NCBI GenBank assembly: GCA_008632985.1
Contig: QPGO01000092.1
Span: 1 to 64,000 of the forward strand
Length of the DNA stretch: 64,000 nt
Direction: 5' to 3'
Origin: Psammoneis japonica
Taxonomy: Eukaryota
In this document: piece by piece, positions 1 to 13,520 of the stretch
Position numbering within the stretch: position 1 is the first letter of the stretch
How the letters are laid out: each line of letters begins with the position of its first letter
Notes under the pieces: generated by a model
Seen by the model: the letters and a program-made list of their open reading frames with translations, nothing else
Told to the model about the DNA's origin: nothing
Database searches by the model: none
Made by a program: the position numbers and the translations under genes

Positions 1-413
1 TTGATGGCTTTGCATCCAACGAAGATATCACGCTGATTTTCATTGCAGCCACAAACCGCGCCGATGTGCTGGATCCCGCAATCCTGCGACGATTTGATCG
101 ACGTGTCCATGTGGGATATCCTGACCAAGAAGGACGGCGTGCCATTCTGGAAATACACGTGCAAAACATTCATCATGGACACTGTTTAGATCTTGATCAG
201 TTGGCGTCTGATCGAATGACAGCGGGATTCTCGGGCGCTGATCTTCGCAATGTCGTGAATGAAGCTGCGCTCTTAGCTGTTCGAGAGAAAAGCGCAATCG
301 TGCAACAAAGTCATTTGCTGCATGCGGCACGACGAGTCAAGCAAATGAAAACAAATCTCAGTCACAACGATACGGATGTTATCCTTTCGAATCTCCCGCC
401 GGGATTGCGATGA
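1..413 (+). CDS. C-terminal part of an AAA+ ATPase (FtsH/CDC48-like ATPase core and lid); 5' end outside window
   Basis: Frame from position 3 reads DGFASNEDITLIFIAATNRADVLDPAILRRFDRR (second region of homology, arginine finger) and GFSGADLRNVVNEAALLAVRE (AAA lid); stop at 413; no M41 protease domain follows. Confidence 0.9.
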   Translation, partial: DGFASNEDITLIFIAATNRADVLDPAILRRFDRRVHVGYPDQEGRRAILEIHVQNIHHGHCLDLDQLASDRMTAGFSGADLRNVVNEAALLAVREKSAIVQQSHLLHAARRVKQMKTNLSHNDTDVILSNLPPGLR

Positions 414-492
414 CAAGCGACGACAGTCTTCTGGCGAAAGTACATGAACAATTTCTGCCGAACAATACGATGACAATCTATGAAAATTAACG

Positions 493-2080
493 TTATGACC
501 GACTCTTGCTTCTACGATTACTGCTCCTTTTGCGACTTCCACTTCTATAAGAGCTTCTGCCATTGGTAGCCTTAGATTCACCATCATTTGACCATCCGTT
601 GCTTCCTCGGCCCCGTGTCCTCCTGTAGCTACGCGGTGGGCTTGAAGTTCGTCCATTTTCTCCTTGACCCCACGATTTGCGTCGGCCATTCGGTCGACCA
701 CCTCTACTAGGCGGACTGCGACTGTTGCTTCTTGTAAATCGATGCGGACTCCAAGACCGTTCCCGATGATAGCCATTTTCTCTTCGATGTGGCGAACGGC
801 TACGGCTTCTTGAACGGTCGCGTCGACCGTTCTCTCTGCCCCATTGAGGGGACGAGGATCGATCATGTTGTGGATCATCGTCGTAAAGGAATCCATTTCT
901 GACATACCCCGCGGAATCTCCACCGATAGAGACCCCATTCTGATGGAAACGCTTCAACGGTAGATTCATGTATCGTCCTTGATATCGTCGTACGCCTCTA
1001 CCCTTGTACACGGTTCCTCCCGGACTTGTCCGTCCATTGGTTTGAGAGGATGAAGCGTCGGCTTGAATCAGTGGGTTGACATTGCTTTATCCTGTTCTGA
1101 AACATTGTCGTTCTTCTTCTCTTCATCTTCCACGGGATCTGCTTGGCTGCAGTGAATAGAATGACACTCAACACTCTCAGCTAGAGATCCGCCACAATCA
1201 TCTGTATCCACATGTGCAACAACATCACTACTTGCCACCGATCGCTGAGAACCAAAGGACCGGACCGATCCAGCACGAGATGAGGACCCTCCAAAAGACC
1301 GTTCTCCTGGTTGGTGCTGCTGAAGAAGGAGGGACCTTGAAAGTGGCGGCCCCATGTCATTCATGGGGATGGCCAATGTAGGCCTTAGGGTCGGAGAAGC
1401 ACGAGCGTTTGGTAGTGGCATGAGCGGTACCTGCTGTGGTCGGGATGCATGTTTCCAGCGGATAAACCAAGCGAGGGAGCAAACTCCACTGAACGAGGTG
1501 TACCAATACTGCCACTGTTGGATCGTCGAAGACTACTGCCTCCTCCAGGGTTCAGGGTTCCACCCAGGGATGATATTCTCTCTGATGTAGGCGTCTGAGG
1601 CACATTCATTTCTGCAGACAAGACGCTTGCTACATCGATGTCGTCCACGACGCTACCAGAGCATACAGTCGCAATGTCGCTCTTGGCCGCTTCACTCGTG
1701 GCATAAGACATTGCTGTAGGAAACCGTGTTTCAGAGTTCATAATGTGAGAAGCTCGGAAAAACGGACGATGAGCGTAGCGTTCTTCAGATCCGGTAGAAC
1801 CAACCGAACGCATTGACGAAGCGTGTCCCGTAGCACTATTTGGAGCGCCATCACTGAGTGCACCAGATGAATGGTATCCCGAGTTGTCGCTTGTGTAGTG
1901 ATGGGACGATAAGGATCGAGAATGGTCCAGAGTCAACGTTTCTGGAGGCCGTTCGCTGCTTCTCCATTTTGGCGGTGGAGAGGAACGAGGCTCCGATGCA
2001 CTATCATCGTGATGATCTCGTTCGACCCATTCTCGTGGTGATGATGATCTTTGACCATCATTAGTCAGGGGCTTGTCCAT
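493..2080 (-). CDS. Ser/Arg-rich low-complexity hypothetical protein, one gene split by two apparent 1-bp deletions
   Basis: ORFs 1385-2080, 1068-1421 and 493-1011 join if one C is added in C-runs near 1443 and 1074; RS/RSP-rich C-terminus; normal TpA content. Confidence 0.6.
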
Positions 2081-2524
2081 TACAAAACGGTAACAGAGCT
2101 ATGGGAGAACAACAGCGTTCAGAGATCTTTCGTTTTTTAGGAATTTCTAAAGGCTCAGGCGTTTCAAGCTCAATTTTTTACCTCTTTACTTCTCCGTTTG
2201 GTTGTGAAAGCTTAACGCTTTGCAATTAAAATGAAGATTAATGACAACGTTGTCATTTCATCTCAGTAGCTCAGTACTAGAGCAACCACAACGATGACAA
2301 ATTCAATAACATGAGACGACTCCAGGCCAAGCCAAGGGGTGCAGATACCGGTACTGTAGGGCCCTACTGTAGAACTCGCAGACCGCGAAAACATGTGTTA
2401 GTCTACTTAGTACTTGAAAACGTGATGACAAATTCTTCAATGGAACCGGCTTCTTACGTCATTGGTGTCTTTAACCTTTTTTGACATGCGCACTTGAAAA
2501 ATGACGTCAACTGTTAGTCCTTAA

Positions 2525-5085
2525 TTGTGAAACGTCGTGATGACGCCTGTTTCTGAAATCTGCCACACAGATGACGAAGGCAGGATGATGACATGAACCC
2601 AACAGGTGGTGGTGCTGTTTGGTGCGGTGCGGTGGTGTGGTTGGTGCATGTCGCAACATGACAATCACAATTCCACCAACCAAGAACACGCAGTTGCGTG
2701 ACTGCCACAACAGCATGGAGGAGAACAGGTGGCCAACAAATGCTGCAAGCAACATTTTTTCAGCACTTCCACCATGTTGGGAAGAGCCAGCAGACAGTGT
2801 TGTCTCACAGCAGAAAAAAAAAACAAAGAGAAAAGCACCCTGCAGAAGAAGGCGCCAAGCCCCCCTCAACACCTGCTTGGTCAGATCAGAGATGAGGGCC
2901 GCAAGCAACATTTGCTCAGCACTTCCACCACATTTGGAAGAGCTGGCCATGTGAAATGACAGGGAAAAAGTGCCGCTCCTCTGCACTGCAAAAAAAAAGG
3001 GGCTGTGGGCACCACCGCCGCTGTCGGGCTGATGTGCTCTCCGGGCCAGCAGTGCACCCACCACCCGCTGGGCAACTCCCGAGAGGGCTCACATTGTGTG
3101 GTCATGCTGACTGCTTGCATGTGTGACATTTTTCTGTCACAAATGCGTGCCTGCAGGTGTTTGCTGCCAGGTTCAGCCAAAACGTGGGGCACAAACTTTT
3201 GAGCCACTGGAGCACAAGAGCGCGTGAAAGGCCAGCCCTTCATTTGAAAGCTCACACATCTGGGACAGAAGCACCAGCACAGCAGCTGTGTCTCTCAGCA
3301 CAGGTGAGGTGCTGTTGTTGTTGTTCATGATTGTTGGCAGCACAAAGCAAGTGCCTGACAAAAGTTTCTTGTTGACTTGCTTGGCTTGCGCGCAGGCCTG
3401 GTGGAGTGCTCTGCTGGCTCTGCTGATGGCTCGGCCATCAGGGTCTCAACAACTCCTCTGAAGCCCCCCCTTGTTGCCACTCTTGGAGCCACTTGGGGTG
3501 GTGCTGACATGAAATGCCTTGCAAATTTCATGACTTGCTTGACTCTCACAGGCCCGCCCCCGCCCAGCTCCTCAGCTGCTTGCCTGGAGTCTTCCTTCAT
3601 TGCCCTTGGCGGCACTCTCCATCGTGAGTCCATGCATTGACCAACACACATGCACTTCACACACCTGGGTCACTGTTGGAGAGTGCCTTGGCGGAGCTGC
3701 TTGGGGGGTGTTGTGCCGCCCACCTGGCAGCGGCTTCTCAGCAAGACACTTGCAGTGTGCCAGAGCCCTGAGAGTCGAAAGGGGGCTGCTCCAGCCATGT
3801 CAATAAAAAAAACTTAGTGCATCAAACTCCTCTGGCCACATGCTGTGCTGCACCCCCCTTGGTGGCACATTGGGGCTGAGCAGTCATGGAGCAAGGGAGG
3901 CTTGCTTTCCCGGCCCAGCAGCCAAGTCATCTGTGCAAGGCAAGGCCAGTGAACTTGCTTCTGAGCCCTGAATTGCCAAGAAGTTGTGTTTCTTGACCAC
4001 CTCCTCTTTGTCTCAGCAGGACCCACAAATGTTGCTCCTTGAGGAGGTGGGCGCTGGTGCCAGAAAAGAGAGATGATGGGACTTCGGCAATGGCTGAGCA
4101 AGTGTTGGCAGCCAGGGAGCAGATGGTGTCAAGCTGCCAGAGCACAAGCCTGTGGCTTGCACTCGATCTAACAGGGAAACACTTTGGTGACCTGGCGGCT
4201 CCTTGGCAGCACTGACACAGCAAGTGTCAGGGCCTTGTTGCCTTGTCCCATCCTTCTGCACCCCTTGCATGGGCACCGGCCTTTCTCCTCTTGACTGATG
4301 AGAGTGGCAAGGACATGTGGGTGCATGAAGGCAAGTGAGTGCTCGAAGATCTTGGTTTTTTTACTTGAGTCATGCAGATTTTTGCAGGCTTGGCACTTGA
4401 CATCACAGACACCCCATGAGCTTCTGTTTGTTGAGAGAAAGGGGTGCCTGAAAGAGGAGTGACACCAGGGGGGACCATGCAGGAGGGTCTGCACCCAACA
4501 GCGGCTCCAACAATCACAACACTTGGAGAACAACCTGGTGCCCTGACAAGAAGGCAGTGGTGGAGCAGGAGGAGGAGGAGTGTGCACTGAGCCATGGCAT
4601 GAGCATCTTGCTCAAACTTGGGCAGCAAGAACAAGCAGCAGGAGGAGCCAGAGTTGAAGGCCAGGAGTGGGCACAGGCTCCAGTGAGCTGCAATGTGCAA
4701 TGCAATGCAGAGCACAGTGTTGACACCAACAGTCCAGCAACCTTCGGGCAACTGAAATGCCAGTGGCATGGAGCACCGGGGAGGCAAAGGGGTGAGACAA
4801 GCCTTGCCTGCACAAATTCATTGCCAAAAAGGACAAAGGCAAGTGTGCTTGCATCATCAACGAGGCCTTTCTTGATCCCAGTGGCAATCATCCAGTGCCC
4901 ATGGAGGTGGATCCAAAACTGTTGGAGCAAGGATCAGCCACAATCAAGTCCAAAAAGTGCAGCAAGGACACTGGTGACAAGCAGAAAATGAAACCAAACA
5001 AGCGCAAGCACAAAGTGATGGAAGAACAAAGCAGACAAGGGGGGACAACAGCCAAAGTGTTGTTGGCCACCACTCAATCTAACCA
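2525..5085. other. TpA/CpG-depleted hypermutated domain 1 (unidentified decayed repeat or pseudogene sequence)
   Basis: Only about four TA dinucleotides by hand count in ~2.5 kb; strong CA/TG excess; overlapping Tyr-free, Cys/His-rich ORFs in all frames. Confidence 0.8.
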
Positions 5086-5153
5086 TCTAGACACCGCTTT
5101 GTTGTTCTGTTTAGTTCTCTGTTAAAAATGCACTTGTTGCGTCTTTCAAAATG

Positions 5154-5475
5154 GTGTGCAAACTAACCGCCAAGCCACCAACCAATCTACATTTCAGTGT
5201 TTAATAAAAGTTATTCAGCACTTTAGGACTCAAAATGGATGATGCACTGCACTGCACTCCTCCACCCTTCACTCTCTCACTTGGTTTCTCTATCTCCATC
5301 TCTCTGACTGCGATTTGTGTGCAAACTAACCGCCAAGCCACCAACCAATCTACATTTCAGTGTTTAATAAAAGTTATTCAGCACTTTAGGACTCAAAATG
5401 GATGATGCACTACACTCCTCCACCCTTCACTCTCTCACTTGGTTTCTCTATCTCTATCTCTCTTACTGCGATTTT
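5154..5475. repeat. Tandem duplication of ~160 bp
   Basis: gtgtgcaaactaaccgccaagcc...ctgcgattt occurs at 5154-5316 and again at 5317-~5475. Confidence 0.9.
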
Positions 5476-5524
5476 TTCCTAACACCCTGTTTCCCGGTAA
5501 CCTTCCTCCAAACACCCTTCCTTC

Positions 5525-5908
5525 CTACTCCTCCACCGCTTTGGGTTTCTTTCTTTTCCAAGATCCGTTGCGCTTTTTCTTTTGCTTCTTCTTGTTGTTC
5601 GACTTGGGCGCGGCCCAGCATGGATGAATAATCAAGCCGTCCATTACCGTTCCATCGAGGTCCTCCATGGCCGCCAAGGCGTCTTCGTGCCACTGAAAAG
5701 TCACAAAGGCAAATCCGCGATTTTGTCCATGCTCATTGAGGGGGACGACAATATCCTTTACTGCCCCCCTGCCCTGCATTGCCTGGCGCACGCTATGGTA
5801 GGTGGCTGTGGGGGGAATCGGGAGGAATAGCTTCTTGGGGAAGCAAGAAGTGGCCGTTGTGGAGGCGGTAGTGGCGGTGGAGACGGAGTTGTTGGAGGAG
5901 GCGCTCAT
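5525..5908 (-). CDS. Small single-RRM RNA-binding protein with basic C-terminal tail
   Basis: RNP1 motif RGFAFVTF followed by EDALAAMEDLDG; Lys-rich tail; ATG at 5908. Confidence 0.75.
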   Translation of the reverse strand: MSASSNNSVSTATTASTTATSCFPKKLFLPIPPTATYHSVRQAMQGRGAVKDIVVPLNEHGQNRGFAFVTFQWHEDALAAMEDLDGTVMDGLIIHPCWAAPKSNNKKKQKKKRNGSWKRKKPKAVEE

Positions 5909-6365
5909 GTTTGTGTTTTGGTTTAGGGTTTGTGTTGTTTTAGTGTTGGATTTTGTGAGACGAAAGGGAGGTGCAACAATAAAAGCGGAAATCACGTTTC
6001 ATACCCGCATACGTTTGAAGATGAGGTCGCACGTTCGTTTGGGTTCGAGGGTTGGATCGAGTCGTGCTTTCAAAACCGCGCGACACCAGCACCGGTAAGG
6101 GCGCTTCATTATCGGTTCCATTATTCGCTTCTGCTCTGCCCCCTGCCCAGGCAATTTTTCCTTGTGCTTTTTCTCATGAGCATGCACCAATGCTGTGGTG
6201 ACGTTTACCAACGCCGCACAAACGCAGGCACGATTCGGCTCAAACGCGTTTTGATCTTCACGAGTCCCATTCGGAATCAGACCGGCTAATTACGAAAAGA
6301 CTCAACGGTTCTGCTCTGCTTCCATAAATTGCACACCCTTGACATTTGCTTCAGATTGATAGTGC

Positions 6366-6900
6366 ATGACTGCTCGAAATGATGGAGTTGATGATACCAC
6401 CAGCTGGGAGCTCGACGAAGACGAATCGGATTCCCTCTCGTGGTTTGAAACCTCTTCAGAGTTACCCTTGGATATGTCGTTGACCTCAGCGGCAACTTTG
6501 ACGAGTGTCGTGATAAAGACCAACGATGTCCTCCTCGGACGGTCGAAGCAAGCCTTTGCCCAGCCGGGAAACGAAGCGTTCCGCGCTCTCATTCGTCAAC
6601 GCTCGGATTCGTACAAGTCAAGCGATTGTCACAATACCAAACAAGCGATTGCTCGAGGCGCCGTTTAACAAAGTCAAAGCTCTGGTGGTCGCTTTCTCAA
6701 AGTGCAGCAGAATGGCTCTATATTCCTCTCGTCGTCGAGTCCATGACACGAAAAAGTTTGCCACGCTCTGAGTAGTGCTGGGAGAGTGCGAAGCAAAACG
6801 AATAGCCAGCTGCAATCGCTACACGTGTGGTTTTCAGATTTCTCCTTTGCCAGACGTGCAGCAGAAATGCTAAATGTACTTGGTACCGACAAAACTTCAT
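6366..6900 (+). pseudogene. DUF6824-domain gene, frameshifted (pseudogene or assembly indels)
   Basis: DVLLGRSKQAFAQPGNEAFRALI...KQAIA, then GGRFLK and EKVCHAL interrupted by indels and stops; 3' end approximate. Confidence 0.6.
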
Positions 6901-9399
6901 ACTACCTGGTAAGGAGCTTCATTGCCATCCATGTTCAGGTTTCAGGCCTTACGTGGCGGCCACACCATTGCATCGGCTGTTATTGGTTGCTTGTTGGCTG
7001 TACCGGTATGTTCGCGGTTCGCATCGCGGGCGGCTGTCGGCCCTCCGTGCCGTACGTACCGTACATACCGACCGACTCTTGTTTTTGACTTGATTTCGGC
7101 CCTCTTTTTCTCGTTTTTACATAGATTTTTTAGTTCAAAAAATAGAATTCATTTTATATTTTCGATTCCCCGCGCTCTAAACGGACTGAAAGAAGTCCCG
7201 ATTTACCGGCAGAGATGTTCTGCTCCATCGCACCCCCAACACATCAATGCATCGCAGCGTTCTGTTTCCTTTTGCAGTACATGCATCCCGTGATGGATTC
7301 ATTGTCACATGCCCGCCATCCACTCATGGCTCAAAACCACACAGCAAATGCTTGCAGCAAGAGTGCGGCTGTGGGCGGCGCGCACAAAAGACACCCTTCC
7401 CCGGCGGCTCGAGATGTCGCTGTGCAGCAACCCATGCCTGAGCACCATCAGGGAATTGACTGTAGAGGCAGTCTTTTTGCTGGGCAGCACCCACCTCAAC
7501 ACAGCACCCACCTCAACACAGTTTTGTGGTTGCCTCATGGATGGTGCTTTGATTTGTGTGTTTGTGGCAGGGCCTGGCAGCCCCCCCTGCAAGGGGCTGC
7601 TTGGGTTGCAAACAACCCAGGCTGAGCCACAGCTGCTGAGTTGCCCCAGCCCATGGCCTGCTGCACATGAGAATTTGGTGGTCTCTCAAGTTGAGAATGT
7701 TTCGTCCTGGCACAACCAGCCCCGGTGTGCAGAAAAACAACAAAGGTGGTGCGAGCAAAAGCAGCCAAATTGAAGACTTCAACAACAGTGACAACTTGAG
7801 TGATGAGAGTCAAAGGGTCACAGCAAAACGTTTGTGAGCAGCAAACACAGTGCTTTTGATGAACTTGTGGAGCTTGGGCTCTGGTGTTGCTGTGCAGCAA
7901 GCTTGCGTGCTGCTGTGCCAAAGGTCTGCTGTTGCCTGTGCAGCTGTGCAGCTGAAAGAACAAAGCACTGAGAGCAGTTGGTCAAAGGCTGGAAAGATGC
8001 TCATTCTTGCAGCTGGTGGGCTGGAACTTCAGTTTGCATCACAAGCACTCAAGGGCTCCCCCTTTTGAAATGCAAAGTGTGTTGGTCTGGCTGGCTTGAA
8101 GATCCTTGACTCTTTGAGCAAGTTGCAGTGTGTGAGCCGCTGTGGATTTGTGCAAGCTCAGAGGATTTCTCCCAGCCACTGCTTTTTTGCTCTTCTCATC
8201 ATCTCAGCTGCAGCCACACACATCTGAGCTGTCAATCTTGTCATTGCAGCTGTTGCTGTTCTTGCCACACACTGTGAGTTGCCACAAAAGGGCGGTCATT
8301 GGCTGGCCACATGCAGCAAAATCACCTGATTTTGGCAATTTGAGAATCCAGACATGTCACCTGGATTCCTTTGGGCAGTTTTTGCTGCCACATTCTGGTG
8401 ACTTGAGATTGAGCTACAGAGCCTTGGGCTTGCACAGAGATGTCTGGCAAACAAAAATGTGTGCGCCATCATCTCCACACAGAAAACTGCACATTTCTCA
8501 CAGCACACCACATGTTTTGCAACTTGAGCTTGCACCCAAAATGCAACACACAACAAACAACAAAAAAGTGTTTCTCCCACTCCAGAGCTTGCCACCCAAT
8601 GCAAGAAGTCCATCTGGAACAACTTTCCTGCACAAAATTTGCACCAGAAAAGCCAACGAATTCTGGATTGGTGAGATTTTTTGTGTTTTTCTGGATGTTC
8701 TACACACAGTTTTTGGCAAAATTGGATGTTCCAGACTTTTTTGACCCCCCCTGGTGCTGATTCCATGCCAGTTTTCACTAGTGTGCAGTTCAACATTCCA
8801 GGCTTCTTGCATCAGGTGGCTTGCTTGTCTGTGTGTCAACGGCTGTGTGTTTGGCCAAGGTGAAAAAAATTGTGTTGCTGTTCAATGTTGGCCATGTGTT
8901 TGGACATGCCAAAACAGTGTGCTTGCCGACTTTCGTCACATTCTCACAACCATGGTTGGTGTGAGTCTTGAGCCACTTCACTCATTTCCACTGCAGACTG
9001 CACATGGGATTTTTTCATGCCAGGTGCCAAAAATGACATTTTCATTTCTGAGCAAGGCAACAGAGTCTGTGTCAACAACACACAGTGTGTGATTTTCAGC
9101 AAGGGCTGTGGTGCATCTTGGCCAACTCAAGGCTGAGATGCCAATGTGCTGCTGAGTCTGCAACATCAAGCTGATCTTTGTTGCCATGGGCCCTTGCACC
9201 ACTTTTGACGCCTTGTGCTTGTTGCTTGTTTTTTGCTTTTTCATCCAATGCTGCAGCCTGAGTTTGTTCATCTGCTCCTGCAGCTTCACAGGGCAGCATG
9301 TGCGCAGTGTGCTTTGTGATGGGACAAGTTGGGGAAAGCCAAATGATGCAATGCATGGATGGGAGCTCAAGACCACTGGCAACCAGATCTGCAGTCAGC

Positions 9400-11832
9400 T
9401 TGTCAAGCTTGTTGCAGGTCTGTGCTCAAGCAGTTCAGAGTGGCTGCCCTTCCTGGCCTTGCATCTGTGCAACATCTGTGCTGGAGCTCAGCTTGTCACC
9501 AGAAAACTTGGTTTGGTGTGTCCTTCTCTTCTCCAAAGAAGCCCAACTGTTTCTTTCTGCATTTTCACGTGCCCCTTCCAGCAGCAGACATGTGCAACAG
9601 AGAGAAAAGGAAAGAATCAGGGAGCCAGCAAGCTCAGTTTCCGATGCAGCATGACTTTTGCTGCACTTGTTCTCAAAAATGCAATGGCTTTTATGCTGCA
9701 GCAACAATGCTGTGAGACAAGATGTCAGAACCAGCCCCACACCCCACCTTCACTCCACTCACCTGGGTTGCCGCAACATGCCATGTTGCTCATGCTTTTT
9801 GTGCACACTGAGAAAAAAGTTGTTGGCAGAAAGTTGTGGGCCCTTTGTCCAAAATTTGAGCAAAACACAAAACAAAGGGCTTTGTGGCCACTGCTGGTTC
9901 TTGTGGACAGTGGTTGGAAGAACTTGAAACAAAAGCATTTGCAACAGTTGTGGCAGCAGGAGCAACATTGCCTGGCAGCATGAACAAAAAGATGTGGTGC
10001 CCACCACAGCTCCAGCTTGACTCAACAAAAACTGTCAGGTGTGCCAAATCAATGGCAGATCAGCTTGTCAGAGGCAGTGCTTTAGCTTGGTTGCATTCAC
10101 TCTTTCAGTGCTGTGAGATGGGCCTTTTTGCACTGCAGCAGAGGTGCTCTGTCTGCCAGAGTGTGTGTTGTGCTTCAACTCCTGTCTCACTCTCTCAACC
10201 TCTCTGTGTCTTCTCACACAAGAAGCTCTTCCTCCTGCTGATGGCATGTCTTCTTGTGCTGGCTCACCTGCTGAAAAGCTGGCTTCTGCAAGAGTGAGTG
10301 CACCAAGAGCAGGAGCACAAGAGTGCAGCACACCAGGAGCAGCACAGGATGCTTGGGTCCTCTCAAGAAGGTCAGATCTGCAGGGGTTTGTCAGCTTCTC
10401 TGCCAGGACTCTCAGAGTCCAGTGGCAAGTGCAGCTTGCTTTTGAAGCCACCACCTCAGCAACCACATTGGCAGCCTGCAAAAGATGGAAACTTTTGCGA
10501 GCAGCATCAGCTCCAAAGGCAGTGTGTGTGGCAAACAATGTGGCAGGCAGCAAGCTGAGAGTGTCACAACAAACAGTGCTGGCTGCAAAAAGCAGGGTGC
10601 AAAGCACTGCACATGAATGAGTTAAAGCAAGGGGGTCTGCATGCTTGCTTGAAAAAAAAGAAGAAAACAGGATGATCTTTGCAGCCAAAGACAGCACTGG
10701 CAGAGCTTTGCACACTTGCAAAACATGCACATGGAGCTTTGAAGCAAGTTGGTTGTCAAGGCACCCTGCTGCCCTTCTTGCTTTTTCTGTCTTTGACTGC
10801 TGGGCTCTTCAGCTGACTCTCTGGTCAACTGGCCATCCACAACCAGATCAACTTCCTGCACCAAAAAAGATTTTCTTCTTAAAGCCATTGGGAGGAAGGA
10901 GCAGAGTCACATGCTGCTGAGTTGTGAGTCTTGTCACCATCACAGCTGCTGTTGCCACATGCTGCTGCGAGTGCCACAAATCACATCATGCCTCAAAAAT
11001 GTGCTTGGCTGAGCTCCAAGTGCACTCCTGTTGTGCTGACTGATTTGGTCAGTTGACAACTTTTTGAAACAACTTGCAACTTTCCCTTCTCTTTCCACTT
11101 CAAAGAAGTGCTTGCACCTTTCTACATTTCCACACACACGCCCCTCCAGACATGCACAGCAGAAAGAAAAGGAAAGAACCAGGGAGTCAGCAAGCACCAA
11201 TTCTGATGCAGCATTTGTTCTCAAATGACATGGCAGCTGTTGTGCCGCAGCAGCAAGAATGCTGTGGCAAGAAGATGAGTTGCCAGCATCACCCCACCTC
11301 TGCTCCATTCACCTGGACCATCACAAGATGCCATGGTGCTCACACTCTTTCAGCTGAGAAAGATTGTTGTTGGCAGAAAATCAGAAGCTTTGTGTTCAAA
11401 ATTTGACAAAAAAATCAAAGAGATTTGTGGCCACAAAAATGGTTGGGTGGTTTCAAGCAAACAAGTTTTGGTTGCGACAAGAGGAGTGGCAGCGCTGTGA
11501 TGGCAGGAGCAGCATTTCCTGGCAGCATGAAACATGAGCTGATGGTGCTTGCAGCTCTCCACTTTGTTGGCTCAACAAGGGCTGTCAGGTGCACCAAATT
11601 GACAGCATCAGTTTGTCAGAGGAGATGCTTCAACTTGGTTGCACTTGCTTTTCTCTGATGCTGCAAGATGGGCTTTTTGCACTGTGAAGGTGTTTCGCCC
11701 ACCAGACTTTGTGCAGTGCTTCAGCTCCTGTCACACTTGCTGCATCTCTGTCTGCTCACGCAAGCTCTTCCTCTGGCTGGTGGCACATCTTGTGCCAGCT
11801 CACCTGCTGAAAAGCTGGCTTCTACAAGAGCA
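9400..11832. repeat. Two diverged direct copies of a ~0.8-0.9 kb unit (~9400-10295 and ~11040-11832)
   Basis: Colinear shared blocks, e.g. aaaaggaaagaa(t/c)cagggag(c/t)cagcaagc near 9605 and 11167, and gctcacctgctgaaaagctggcttct(g/a)caagag near 10262 and 11798. Confidence 0.75.
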
Positions 11833-12339
11833 GCAGGTGTGATGCAAGAACACGGGGAGCCCTCAACTGAGCTTTCTCTGCCCCAGAAGAGCAGGTCAAA
11901 TGCCAAAGGCCTCACAAGCAAGCACAGGCAGGTGGTGCAGCATCTGTGCACCTGTGACCAAGCTGTGTGACACCAGCTGCAAAAAACAACAGGAGGAAAG
12001 AAAAATGCTGTGCCCCTGCTGTTTGGGCAGCTGGCAAGACCGATGCCCCAAAGTTGTGTTTCAGGGGGGAAGCTGCTGAGGGCTGTTGGCACACCAAATG
12101 AATTGAACCAGTGGCTCAATTTTTGTGTGGGTGGGGGGAACACATCACTGAGTGAGATTCCACACTGGCACATTTTCCACACAAACACAAATTCACTGTT
12201 GATTTTTTTTTACACAACAAAAATTATGAAGAAAACAGTTTGCAGACAATTGCAGCATCACATCATCACCTTGTTTTGATGATTGCACAACTGTGACAGA
12301 ATTTATGACACAATGCATGTGAACATTTTTGAACAACAA

Positions 12340-13520
12340 CGTTGAATGATGTCAAAGTTGGTGATTTTCAGCACTGGAAATTTGGTGTTGCACCAAAAAT
12401 TGAGCCACTGCTGGCACTGCCAGGTGTGACTCTGGTGGACAATGATGTGAGACTGGCCCTTTCATCCACCACCACAAACAAATTTGCAGAACCACCCATC
12501 AAACATCCAATGGAGTCTCCATCAAGCAGAACTTTGAAGCAGGCACTCGCGCACGCACTTGTCACACCACCTCATTGACTGTGCAGCTGCTCCAAATTCA
12601 CCACAGCCATCCACAAGGACATGACATGCAAGGTGAAAATGGTGGTGGCCAAGAGGAAAGCAAAAAAAGCATGAGAACACTCTCAAAACTGTCCTCTGCA
12701 CTCCACCCTGCATTGAAGCCTGTGCAGTGAGGCACAGCACCAAAACTGGTGCTTTGTTGTCAGGGCATCCATCTGCACTGAATGTCACCCTTTTCCTGCA
12801 CCGCTGTGTCAATGAGCTCCCCTCACCTGCCAGCATGGGCTTGTGATGGATGCAGCTGCAACAAGTTCTTCATTCAGCAAGCCCTTCAGTGCAAGAAGGG
12901 TGGGCTGGTCATGTCTGGACATGATGAGATCCACCGTGATGAGCTCAGCTGCCCAAAAGCTCATTGGCATTCAAGCCCTCCATGGTGCATGATAAACCTC
13001 TCATGAACCCTGCTGGTTGTGCCTCTGGAAGCCTGGCCACCAACAGTGCAGTCGCCAATGTCAACAAGTCAAGAGATGGTGATCGTGGAGATCTTTCAGC
13101 CAGAGGAGGCTGCCTTGTGGGAAACAGATGTCAACATGGATGTTTGTTGCCAGTGCTGATGCACCACCCCATTTGTCCAAGACCCCAGAACAAGTGCTGC
13201 TGGATCCCTGATGGAGAAAAAGCACAAGCATGTCAAGCCATGCCTTGAGCAATGCCACCATTTTTTGCCTGCAGCGGTGTCATGCTGCAACGGGCTGACT
13301 GGTCAGGAAGCTCAAACTGGCTTGTGACAGACAACTGGAAAGATTTCAAACAAGTGGCAGAGGCCATGTTTGGTTCATCAGTGCAAGGTTCAGCATTGTT
13401 GCAGCTGTGAGGGCAGCTCACTTCTGCCTCAGAGTCAGCTCCAAATGCCCCCCCACTGGGAGGATGGAGCCAGTTCATCTGTGCACTGCTGCCTCCAAAC
13501 CATGACATGCCACCCAAGGA
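12340..13520 (+). mobile_element. Decayed 3' portion of an RLE-encoding non-LTR retrotransposon (CRE-like)
   Basis: Colinear degenerate motifs across frames: CDGCSCNKFFIQQALQCKKGGLVMSGHDEIHRDEL (zinc finger), AFKPSMVHDKPLMNP, GDRGDL, EKKHKHVKPCLEQCHHFLP, KWQRP, ARFSIVAAVRAAHFCLR. Confidence 0.7.

Noticed and set aside
2507..5125. Many overlapping Cys/His-rich ORFs suggesting metal-binding proteins
   Set aside because: The composition follows directly from CA/TG enrichment; ORFs occur in all six frames and lack Tyr.
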